Origin: Eledone cirrhosa
Taxonomy: Eukaryota
Length of the DNA: 64,000 nt
Assembly: GCA_964016885.1 (NCBI GenBank)
Contig: OZ024748.1
Location: 20,336,001-20,400,000, forward strand
Direction of reading: 5' to 3'
The notes below the pieces were generated by a model. The model was not told where the DNA came from. It did not search any database and was given only the letters and a program-made list of their open reading frames with translations. Position numbers and translations under genes: made by a program. Below are positions 1 to 11,817 of the stretch, piece by piece. Every line of letters begins with the position of its first letter. Within the stretch, counting starts at the first letter, position 1.

Positions 1-409
1 ATCAAAGTTGTAGATGCCATATGCAGGTACTATTTGTGTGTGTATGTGTGTCTATCATCATCATCATCATCATCATCATCACCGTTTTACGTCCGTTCTT
101 CTATGCTAGCATGGGCTAGACGGGTTGTCCTGTTGTGGGTAGTGTCTGGTCGGCTGACCATGCCTTGCTCATACAGGAACTGATTTTGGCTTGATTTCTA
201 CAGCTGGATGCACTTCCTAACACCAACCTCATTTACAGTGAGTGCTGGGTGCTTTTTTGCCGTGGGACCTACACGTCCACTTTACAGTGTGGGCTGGGTG
301 CTTTTTTGCCGTGGCACCTCCACGACCACTTTGCAGCGGTAGGGTGTGGGGGCATATTGTCTATATGCCTCCACACCCTCCCACTGTCTATATATATATA
401 TATATATAA

Positions 410-675
410 TGGAGGCATGTGGCCTAGTGGTAAGGGTGTTGGACTTACAATTATAATGTTGTGGGTTCGATTCCTGGGTTGCGTGTTGTGTTCTTGAGCA
501 AAACACTTCATTTCCAGTTTACTCAGCTGAAAATGAGTACCAGCAATAGCTGGGGGTTTAACCCTGCGATAGACTGGTGTCTTGTCCAGGGGGAGTCTTG
601 TACTCTCAGTCACTTAACGCCATGAAACCGGGATAAGCACCGGCCAAATGAGCCTTCTGGCTTAAGACAGACTTC
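410..675 (+). mobile_element. tRNA-derived SINE family B
   Basis: tggcctagtggtaag A box, ggttcgattcc B box, cttgagcaaaacactt core; related copies at ~10110-10373(-), 25735-26025(-), 35770-36110(+). Confidence 0.8.
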
Positions 676-865
676 AGGCTTTTTTTATATATAACACATA
701 AGTGAGGGTTATATTGCTATTTATGCAGATTAATGAAAGTTAAAAGTTTGACAGTTTTTACAATGAATGTTAAGATTGGGATTGGTAGGACTTGATTTAG
801 GATAGGACTACATACCACAAGACATTTAGTTTGATGCTCTACAGATTGTGAAAAATGTTACTTAC

Positions 866-949
866 TGTACTTGATCTAACTTCAATTGAATGTTTACGCT
901 GTTCCATTCCAGCATAAGAGAACAACTGAGATTTGGACATTCTTCCTTC
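866..949 (-). CDS. MYO15: MYO15-like exon, start of FERM-2 (EGRMSKSQLFSYAGMEQRKHSIEVRSST)
   Basis: 84 nt, phase 0-0; GR.SK.Q.F pattern. Confidence 0.9.
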
Positions 950-974
950 CTAAAATATAAAGAAAAGAATACAT

Positions 975-1722
975 ATATCCACTACATATATATATGCTAC
1001 ATATCCACTACATATATATATGCTACATATCCACTACATATATATATGCTACATATCCACTACATATATATATGCTACATATCCACTACATATATATATG
1101 CTACATATCCACTACATATATATATGCTACATATCCACTACATATATATATGCTACATATCCACTACATATATATATGCTACATATCCACTACATATATA
1201 TATATGCTACATATCCACTACATATATATATGCTACATATCCACTACATATATATATGCTACATATCCACTACATATATATATGCTACATATCCACTACA
1301 TATATATATGCTACATATCTACTACATATATATATGCTACATATACACTACATATATTTCTATAACATATCCACTACATATATATATATGCTACATATCC
1401 ACTACATATCCACTACATATATATATGCTACATATCCACTACATATATATATGCTACATATCCACTACATATACACTACATATATATATGCTACATATCC
1501 ACTACATATATATATGCTACATATCCACTACATATATATATGCTACATATCTACTACATATATATATGCTACATATCCACTACATATATATATGCTACAT
1601 ATCTACTACATATATATATGCTACATATCTACTACATATATATATGCTACATATCCACTACATATATATATGCTACATATACACTACATATATATATGCT
1701 ACATATACACTACATATACACT
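975..1722. repeat. 26-bp minisatellite (catatccactacatatatatatgcta)n
   Basis: Direct tandem repetition; explains the ORFs at 890-1825. Confidence 0.95.
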
Positions 1723-2234
1723 AGTTGGAATTTTACCAGATAACACCACTGTTTTACAGCATATGACAAACATAGTTTACATTTATTTATATCATGACAT
1801 GTTAGACTTATCTAACATTACATAATCACTGTCTAATGCCTTGGAATTGTGTATAATTTTATGTAATACAATAAATCAAAGTGTAAAATGTAAATCCTTT
1901 TATCAATTGTCAGTTACATAATAAATATTAACCATTCAATTGAGAAATCAGTGTATTCATATAATTTATTCATTTATATATGTATATATATGTGTGTGTT
2001 TGTGTGAGTATATATATATATATGTGTGTGTGTATATGTATATATATATGTGTATATATATATATATGTATATGTGTATATATATATATGTGTATATATA
2101 TTTATGTATATATATATATACATACATACATATATATATATATATATGTGTGTATATGTATATATATATATATATATGTGTGTATATATATATGTATATG
2201 TGTATTGCAAACTTGACTGTCACCACACATTATC

Positions 2235-2269
2235 AACCTGAAGATTGCGAAAGCATGAAAGTACTTGTT
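2235..2269 (+). ncRNA. Minimal type I hammerhead ribozyme motif
   Basis: aac-CTGAAGA-t-tgc(gaaa)gca-t-GAAA-gtac-TT-gtt: intact core, stem II with GNRA loop, palindromic stem III, CUU site, 3-bp stem I; AATAAA follows. Confidence 0.72.
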
Positions 2270-2692
2270 CAATAAACACTTAACATTTAATATTCTATCA
2301 TACTATTTCATTATAATTGTTTCTACTTTAGGCACAAGGCCAGCAATTACCCAGTGCATTACTGGTACTTTATTTTATCGACCCCGTAAGGATGAAAGGC
2401 AAAGTCAACCTCGGTGGGATTTGAACTATACTATTTCATTATAATACCATTATAAATTTTAAAGGATTGTAAATAAAACGAGTAAATCAGACAAAGTTGG
2501 AATTCCTCTTATTAATATAATGTTCTATACACAATCATACACACCCGTGTATATTTATCTATCTATCTATATATATATTTATGTATATATATATATATAT
2601 ATACATAAATATATATATAGATCGATAGATAAATATAGAATACTGTTATAGAATACTGTTAGCTTCTCGCTAAAACAATTTCTATACCTTTC

Positions 2693-2746
<54 letters not shown>

Positions 2747-3145
2747 GTATACATACACACACACAGACACATACATACATATATATATATATACACACCC
2801 ACACACATACACACGTGTGTGTAGGTGTGTTTGTGATTGTCTTAACTAAAGTAGTTTCTTTACCCCGTTTGTAAAATAAGTTGGATTACTTTGAATAAAT
2901 AATTGTTTCTACTTTAGGCACAAGGCCAGCAATTACCCAGTGCATTACTTTGAATAAATAATGAATGAATATTACATAATTTATGTGCTAAATTTTGTGG
3001 CTGTTGATTAAATATATTTTATAGCTTATTTAAAGATTCACTTCTTTAAAATTTTCAAATGTCAACACTTCCGGTTAGCGGCCGTTATATTATAACACTT
3101 ATAAAAATATTGCATATATTGATTACACAAATAAATATTACTTAC

Positions 3146-3240
3146 TGAAATATGTTTAATTTCTTCATGAAAAGGAACATTTTTCCGACCTCCAAATCTC
3201 AGAGTTTTCCTAAGGTTCTTCAAACAAATTTCTGCAATAG
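3146..3240 (-). CDS. MYO15: MYO15-like exon, MyTH4-2 end (IAEICLKNLRKTLRFGGRKNVPFHEEI...)
   Basis: 95 nt, phase 1-0; NL.KT.RFGGR. Confidence 0.95.
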
Positions 3241-4134
3241 CTGTTAACAGATGCGGAATAATGCTTTTTAATTTAGGTACAATTTTGGTACATTTTTGTG
3301 GCGGGATTGAAAAGTCGATTACAATGAGCTACTGCTACTTTATTTTATGAACCAAGAAAGTATGAAAGGCAATATTATCTTAGAAAGTAAATGTTTATAA
3401 CAAAAAGTTGTGAAGCATTTTGTTTGGGGCTCTAACAATTCAGCCACTTCATCAATCTCAATCAATAGACAAATAATAATTGTTTCTACTTTTGGCACAA
3501 GGCCAGCAATTACTCCCGTGCATTACTGGTGCTTTATTTTATCGACCCCGTAAGGATGAAAGGCAAAGTTAACCTTGGTAGGATTTAAACTCTATGCTGC
3601 AAAGCATGGCGTCCAACCGTCTATGGATACTGCCAATCCACCGCCCTTAATAGACAAATAATAATAATAATAACAATTTCTCATTTAGGCACAAGGCCAA
3701 CAATTTTGGGGGAGGGAAAAGTCAATTAAATCAACCCCAGTGTGTTACTGGTACTTTATTTTATTGACCCCATAAGGATGAAAGGCAAAGCTAACCTTGG
3801 CAAGATTTGAACTTAAGGGCCATAATTATAAGTCCCAAAGCATGTCCAACACTTTACCGATACTGCCAATCCACCAGCCTAATATTATTATTGTTATTAT
3901 GTAACCCTCGGAGGTTTCCCCCTCTATTTTTGAATTTTTTCATTGTTTCAATTTTCATTTTTATTGTTTATATATATATGTTTCTATGTCTTTTTTTTCT
4001 TTGCTTATATAAATAATAAAAATCTTTACACACACAAAACCCACATCGTATCATCCTGTACCGTCCTGTGCCGTCTGTAATGTTTTTCTTGATGTCAGCC
4101 CTTGTGGCCAATAAAGAAATCATTATTATTATTA

Positions 4135-4680
4135 TGGTGGATTGGCAGTATCAGTAGAGGGTCGGGCGCCATGCTTTGCAGCAAAGAATTACGGCCCTTT
4201 GAATTGGCAGTATTGGTAGAGGGTTGGATGCCATGCGTTCTAGCATAGTTACGTCCCTTTACAGTCTGAGTTCAAATCCCGCCGAGGTTAACTTTGCCTT
4301 TCATCCTTACAGGGTCGATAAAATAAAGTACCAGTAATGTACTGGGTAATTGCTGGCCTTGTGCCAAAAGTAGAAACAATTATTATTAAAATAAAGTACC
4401 AGTAATGTACTGGGTAATTTGCTGGCCTTGTGCCAAAAGTAGAAACAATTATTATTAAAATAAAGTACCAGTAATGTACTGTATAATTGCTGGCCTTGTG
4501 CCTAAAGTAGAAACAATTATTATTATTAGCATAGATTAAAAGTGTAAGCAATTATTACAATTATTATTATTAATCCCGCCGAGGTTAACTTTGCCTTTCA
4601 TCCTTACGGGGTCGATAAAATAAAGTACCAGTAATACACTGAGTTATTTGCTGGCCTTGTGCCAAAAGTAGAAACAATTA
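4135..4680 (+). mobile_element. Family-A SINE cluster with tandemly duplicated 3' ends
   Basis: Repeated aaaataaagtaccagtaatg...aaagtagaaacaatta blocks. Confidence 0.85.
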
Positions 4681-4780
4681 TTATTATTATTATTATTATT
4701 CATTATATCTAAAAATCATAAGCAGAGTCTTTTATTAGAAATATAGTTGAGAAATGATTAATGTTAGTTTTGATACTAAC

Positions 4781-4917
4781 TGCAAATATTATTTGGATCT
4801 GTTGTGTCTGTGGCAGCAATTGTCAAATACTTCAGAAGATAAGGTCGCAATTGATCGGAACAGTCATTGTAAGCTGCAAATAATGTGAAAAATCTCCAGG
4901 CAGCAATCAAACTTTTC
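4781..4917 (-). CDS. MYO15: MYO15-like exon, MyTH4-2 (KSLIAAWRFFTLFAAY.DCSDQLRPYLLKYL...)
   Basis: 137 nt, phase 2-1. Confidence 0.94.
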
Positions 4918-5149
4918 CTGAAAAATACAAATGAAAGAGAAATAATTTTTTTTTTGCTATTTTTTTTTCTTCTTTGAATGGTGAAATTAAATTCTTTGAA
5001 ATTATTGAATTCAATTTAAAGCAAATACACAAAACACAATATCTGTGCATCTGTTCTGTAGAGAGTAAATATTTTGTTAAATTAAATAAACTCCCAAATC
5101 AAATATGTTCGTTTGAGTTTGTATCATTAACAAGTAGTTTTCTTTTTCT

Positions 5150-5945
5150 CTTCTTCTTTGCCCACTTAATCCTGAGAGTCGTGGGGCAGAGTCCTCAAAC
5201 ACTCCTTCCCGAGGGTCCTGTCAGAAGCAACCATCTCCAACTGATCTAGCTGGATCCCCAAGCATGACTAGCCAAGCTCAAGGATGTTATCCAATTATCT
5301 TGCTCGGGGACGCCTGCCTGTTGGTTTTTGCCTGGTAAAATCTGTCCAGCAATTCCCTCCTGAGATATTCTAACCACATTTCCATAGTATCGGAGCTGTG
5401 ATCTCTCAATTCGGAGAAGTACCAGCTCTACCTGAAGTGACTCTGTGATCTCTCAATTCGGAGAAGTACCAGCTCTACCTGAAGTGACTCTGTGATCTCT
5501 CAATTCGGAGAAGTACCAGCTCTACCTGAAGTGACTCTGTGATCTCTCAATTCGGAGAAGTACCAGCTCTACCTGAAGTGACTCTGTGATCTCTCAATTC
5601 GGAGAAGTACCAGCTCTACCTGAAGTGACTCTGTGATCTCTCAATTCGGAGAAGTACCAGCTCTACCTGAAGTGACTCTGTGATCTCTCAATTCGGAGAA
5701 GTACCAGCTCTACCTGAAGTGACTCTGTGATCTCTCAATTCGGAGAAGTACCAGCTCTACCTGAAGTGACTCTGTGATCTCTCAATTCGGAGAAGTACCA
5801 GCTCTACCTGAAGTGACTCTGTGATCTCTCAATTCGGAGAAGTACCAGCTCTACCTGAAGTGACTCTGTGATCTCTCAATTCGGAGAAGTACCAGCTCTA
5901 CCTGAAGTGACTCTGTGATCTCTGAGCTAACATTGCTCCAAAGAC
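5150..5945 (-). mobile_element. RTE-type LINE 3' fragment containing a 47-bp tandem array
   Basis: Minus strand reads ...LRIERSQLRYYGNVVRISQEGIAGQIL, like the RTE RT C-terminus; GAA-type tail; related copies at ~11440-11605, 15255-15575, 55330-56727. Confidence 0.75.
5397..5922. repeat. 47-bp tandem repeat, ~11 identical copies
   Basis: unit tgtgatctctcaattcggagaagtaccagctctacctgaagtgactc. Confidence 0.95.
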
Positions 5946-6021
5946 ACTTGTTATCATTTCCTTTTGAGCAGCCTCAGCAGACAGTTCCCATATGGTGGCA
6001 TGGCAGGACATCCTGTAAATA

Positions 6022-6099
6022 CAGGGTGTCCCCAAAAAATGTATACACATTTCAACAACATTGTAATAAAAGTATGTATACATTTTGGAGGACACGCTG
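6022..6099. mobile_element. Tiny Tc1/mariner-like MITE (TA target site)
   Basis: ta|cagggtgtcc...aaaatgtatac / gtatacatttt...ggacacgctg|ta; a similar mini element lies at 34862-34915. Confidence 0.65.
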
Positions 6100-6299
6100 T
6101 ATTTATAGCAACCAACTGTATTTTACTGTTATTTACTGAGTTTTCCTACATTTTCTAGCCACATAATCTCTCAGAAATTCAAAAGTTCAAACTTTGCATA
6201 CAATGTTATTTACATTTCAAAGCTGTTTGATTTAGATTCTGGTTTAGAGAGTAATTGTTATCAGGAGCGCTTGAGCTCAATAGTTAGAGAGTACATAAA

Positions 6300-7130
6300 G
6301 ATGTATACATGTACACACACATGTGGATACATATACAGATATACACATACATGCGTGCACATGCCCATACATACATACACATGCGCATACATAACATATA
6401 CATACATATATACACACAGGCGCATACATACATACAGGTGCATGCATATATGCAAATAAACACACATATGCATGCACATGCCCACACATACACATGCACA
6501 TACATACACATATATACTCTTACACACATGTGCATACATGCATGCACACACATACATATATATATACATGCACATTCATACACATATACACACATATATA
6601 CACACATGCACATACATACATGGTGCATGCACACATACACATAAACACACATATGCATGCACATGCCCACTCGTAGATACATGCACATACACATATACAC
6701 ACATATATACAGACATGCTCATACATACACAAAAGTGCATGCATACATATATACATACATGCACACATATATACATGTACACATATGTATACATACACAT
6801 ATACATACATGCCCACACATACACATATACATGCATGCCCACACATACATACACATGCACATATATACAGACATGCACATACATACACATAAACACATAC
6901 ATACATACATACACATGCTCACACATACATAAACACACATATACACATGCACATACATACACACAGGTGCATGCATACATACACATATACACACATATAT
7001 GCATATACAGAACAAAGCAATTGTCAAAATGTAAGCTACGATTTTGGACTATATACACATATATATACATATAAACATGCACATATACACAAATATATAC
7101 GTACACACACACACACACGCACACACACAT
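6300..7130. repeat. Compound CA/TA microsatellite
   Basis: Alternating purine-pyrimidine low-complexity tract. Confidence 0.9.
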
Positions 7131-7164
7131 ACAGAACAAAGTAGATGTCAAAATGTTTACTCAC

Positions 7165-7247
7165 GATTTTGAACTTCTGTTATTCGTAGTTTGCTTACAC
7201 AACTGACAATACACCTCATCTCTCAACTCTGGGTACTTGTGGCATAT
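7165..7247 (-). CDS. MYO15: MYO15-like exon, MyTH4-2 core (ICHKYPELRDEVYCQLCKQTTNNRSSK)
   Basis: 83 nt, phase 0-2; LRDEVYCQ..KQ.T.N. Confidence 0.96.
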
Positions 7248-9470
7248 CTGCAGTAATATATACAATAGAGAGATATATCTACAGTGATATATACAATAGA
7301 GAGATATATCTGTAGTGATATATACAATAGAGAGATATATCTACAGTGATATATACACTATAGAGATATATCTACAGTGATATATACAATACAGAGATAT
7401 ATCTACAGTGATATATACAATAGAGAGATATATCTACAGTGATATATACAATAGAGAGATATATCTACAGTGATATATACACTATAGAGATATATCTACA
7501 GTGATATATACAATAGAGAGATATATCTACAGTGATATATACACTATAGAGATATATCTGCAGTGATATATACAATAGAGAGATATATCTACAGTGATAT
7601 ATACACTATAGAGATATATCTACAGTGATATATACAATAGAGAGATATATCTACAGTGATATATACACTATAGAGATATATCTACAGTGATATATACACT
7701 ATAGAGATATATCTACAGTGATATATACACTATAGTGTATATATCTACAGTGATATATACACTATAGAGATATATCTACAGTGATATATACAATAGAGAG
7801 ATATATCTACAGTGATATATACAATAGAGAGATATATCTACAGTGATATATACACTATAGAGATATATCTACAGTGATATATACACTATAGTGTATATAT
7901 CTACAGTGATATATACACTATAGAGATATATCTACAGTGATATATACAATAGAGAGATATATCTACAGTGATATATACACTATAGAGATATATCTACAGT
8001 GATATATACACTATAGAGATATATCTACAGTGATATATACAATAGAGAGATATATCTACAGTGATATATACAATAGAGAGATATATCTACAGTGATATAT
8101 ACAATAGAGAGATATATCTACAGTGATATATACAATACAGAGATATATCTACAGTGATATATACACTATAGAGATATATCTACAGTGATATATACAATGC
8201 AGAGATATATCTACAGTGATATATACAATAGAGAGATATATCTACAGTGATATATACACTATAGAGATATATCTACAGTGATATATACAATAGAGAGATA
8301 TATCTACAGTGATATATACACTATAGAGATATATCTACAGTGATATATACAATACAGAGATATATCTACAGTGATATATACAATACAGAGATATATCTAC
8401 AGTGATATATACAATACAGAGATATATCTACAGTGATATATACAATACAGAGATATATCTACAGTGATATATACAATAGAGAGAGATATCTACAGTGATA
8501 TATACAATAGAGAGATATATCTACAGTGATATATACACTATAGAGATATATCTGCAGTGATATATACAATACAGATATATATCTACAGTGATATATAAAA
8601 TAGAGAGATATATCTACAGTGATATATACAATAGAGGGATATATCTACAGTGATATATACAATAGAGAGATATATCTACAGTGATATATACAATACAGAG
8701 ATATATCTACAGTGATATATACAATACAGAGATATATCTACAGTGATATATACAATAGAGAGATATATCTACAGTGATATATACAATAGAGAGATATATC
8801 TACAGTGATATATACAATAGAGAGATATATCTACAGTGATATATACAATAGAGAGATATATCTACAGTGATATATACAATAGAGAGATATATCTACAGTG
8901 ATATATACAATACAGAGATATATCTACAGTGATATATACACTATAGAGATATATCTACAGTGAAATATACACTATAGATATATATCTACAGTGATATATA
9001 CAATAGAGAGATATATCTACAGTGACATATACACTATAGAGATATATCTACAGTGATATATACAATACAGAGATATATCTACAGTGACATATACACTATA
9101 GAGATATATCTACAGTGATATATACAATACAGAGATATATCTACAGTGATATATACAATACATATATACATAAATATATATCTACAGTGGTATATATAGT
9201 ACAGAGAGATGGTATACCTACAGTAATATATACAATAAAAAGATATAGCTACAATGATATATGTAATACATATATATATAATACAGTGGTATTTACAATA
9301 CAGAGAAATGAGATATCTACAGTGGTATATACAATACATATATATCTATCGTGATATATATAATACAGAGATATGAAATATCTGCAGAGGTATATATAAT
9401 ACAGATATATCTAAAGTAATATATATAATACCAAGAGATGAGATATCTATAGTGGTATATAGGATACAGA
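7243..9470. repeat. 31-bp minisatellite (~60 well-conserved copies, decaying after ~9140) abutting an exon acceptor
   Basis: unit atatctacagtgatatatacaatagagagat. Confidence 0.95.
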
Positions 9471-9492
9471 GGAATAAGCTAACACGATATAA

Positions 9493-9528
<36 letters not shown>

Positions 9529-10559
9529 TTAACTTCCATTTTCCCTGCCAGCAAGGGCTGGAAGGATCCTCACAGACTGAGTCAATACTCAAGCAGAGCT
9601 ACTAACTTCTCAGATGAGCTGGAGGGCCCCATTTCACTTACTTACATTCCTAAACTCTACCAGCTGCTTGGTTGGGCCAACGGCGAGCATCTCACTTCCA
9701 AAACATTCTCACACTCAGCGCATTTTATCATGGCACCAGTACTAGGGAGGTTGTCATGTCTTTGACACAGTTCAAGAATCCTCCACTATATAATTTTCCT
9801 TACACAACCCATTCCCACAACTTAATAAAAACAAATCTAAACAAACTAGAAACACATAATACAAAATACAGTTACTTAATTAAAAAACCCATCATAATCA
9901 TACCCATTCACCATACTGGGACTAAGAAAACAAACTACATCAGGCCACAATCTTGTAGCATACCTATAATGATGTACACAGTTTACATTATATATTTATT
10001 TGAAAGAAGTGAAATTGACCATTTCAGATCAGCGCCTATAAGTGGAGGTCATCATCATCATTTCATTTTACGTCCGCTTTTTCCCTGCTTGCAAGGGTGG
10101 GACGGGAAGTGATTCTGGCTTGATTTCTACAGCTGGATGCCCTTCCTCACACCAACCTCATTTACAGTGAGTGCTGGGTGTTTTTTTGCCATGGCACCTC
10201 CATGTCCACTTTGCAGTGGAATGATATGGACCCCAGTCCCTATCATCTCATTTCTACAGCTGAGTAAACTGGAGCAATGTGAAATAAAGTGTCTTGCTCA
10301 AGGAAACAACACATCACCCGGTCTGAGAATTGAACTCACAACCTTTCGATTGCAAGGCCAATGCTCTAACCACTACGGTCTAGCCGATATTTTGTTCCGG
10401 GCCCCAAGAGCTCAGAAGACCCCACAGCAACTATGCAACATCCATTTTGAGAAAAGTCTTTGCCAGCTTCAGGCCCCAAAAGGGTCTTGTACAATGATGG
10501 AAAATTTCTCTTGGAGGCCCTGTTTCAGATATATGCATTGAGTTAAAACTGTCACTTAC

Positions 10560-10633
10560 CTTCAATATTCTTAGTGCACTTTCTATGTCAGTTTTGTTGT
10601 TCTGAGGTAGATCACCCATGAATAACATCAATT
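10560..10633 (-). CDS. MYO15: MYO15-like exon, MyTH4-2 (LMLFMGDLPQNNKTDIESALRILK)
   Basis: 74 nt, phase 1-0; FMGD.P motif. Confidence 0.94.
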
Positions 10634-11678
10634 CTGAAATAATATTGAGATAGAACTTTAGTGCTGTTTCTAGAACAACCAGAAGCCAGTGGATTGGCAG
10701 CATTGGTAGAGGGTCAGACGCCATGCTTTGCAGCACAGTTACGTCCCTTTATGGACTGAGTTCAAATCCCGCTGAGGTTAACTTTGCCTTTCATCCTTAC
10801 GGGGTCGATAAAATAAAGTACCAGTAATGCACTGAGTAATTGCTGGCCTTGTGCCAAAAGTAGAAACAATTATCAACTGTGGATTGGCAGTAATTATTAG
10901 AGCTTTGGACAATGTTTTACAGCATATAGTTACATCCCTTTACATTCTGAGTTCAAATCCTGTCGTGGTTAGCCTTGTATTTCATCCTTACAGGGTTGAT
11001 AAAATAAAGTACCAGTAACACACTAGGGTCAATTTAATCAACTTTTCCCCAGCCCAAAATTGTTGGCCTTATGCCAACATCAGAAACCATAATTAACTCT
11101 GTTGAGTGACACAGCAGAATTGTTCTTGTTGTGACTCTTGTCTCATATAATTATTCTTTAAATTCTGATAATATTTTCAAGAGGTGACTTGGCAGAATGT
11201 TAGGACTTCAGATAGAATAATTTGTGGTATTCCTTCCAGTTCTCTGTGCTCTGAGTTCAAGTTTGCCCAAGGTCAACATTGCATTTCATCCTTTTCAGGT
11301 TGATAAAAAATGACCAATCTAGTAATGGGGTCGATTCTTCCTCTATATTTCTTTCTCATTTCCACTATCTATCTCCCCTCCTTTCTCTCTCTCTCATTCT
11401 CAAGAAGAAATCAGTTCTGTTCAAACCATAAGTAAGTTGTCCTATTTACCAAACAACATGCCTGAGCTTGGCTTGTCTCGCTTGGGGGATCCAGCCAGAT
11501 CAACTGGAAAAGATTGCTTCAGGACTGGCTGTAAGGAGTGTTTGAGGACTCTGTCCCCATGACCCTCTCAAGAATAAGTGGGAGAAGAAGAACAACAACA
11601 AGAACATGAAATCTTATTGTCAAAATAGATAGATATTCATTCCATTCTATTTTATTCCAGATAAAACAAAATACTTAC

Positions 11679-11751
11679 CTGTGAATGATTCTAGAGCCAG
11701 TTGGTCTTGTTGTGGAGAATTTAAAAGTAGAAGGGGTGTTTGAATTGGAGA
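11679..11751 (-). CDS. MYO15: MYO15-like exon, MyTH4-2 start (SPIQTPLLLLNSPQQDQLALESFT)
   Basis: 73 nt, phase 0-1. Confidence 0.92.
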
Positions 11752-11817
11752 CTAAAAATAAAAATAAAAGCAAAAAAAACACAGCGTCATTATAAAATCC
11801 TTGTATAATTTCAAATA

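Noticed and set aside
1-30. Possible next myosin exon at the window start
   Set aside because: The translation after the available AG (YLHMASTTL) does not resemble the expected FERM continuation, and the segment is too short to judge.
410-480. tRNA gene candidates (also 33110-33195 and 35770-35840)
   Set aside because: A and B boxes are present, but they are heads of multi-copy SINEs without a complete cloverleaf.
890-2275. Long Tyr/Ile/His ORFs
   Set aside because: Products of the 26-bp minisatellite and TA/TG microsatellites.
5397-5922. CRISPR-like regular repeats (also 19978-20545, 55536-56727, 63398-64000)
   Set aside because: Units are contiguous with no unique spacers, there are no cas genes, and the context is eukaryotic.
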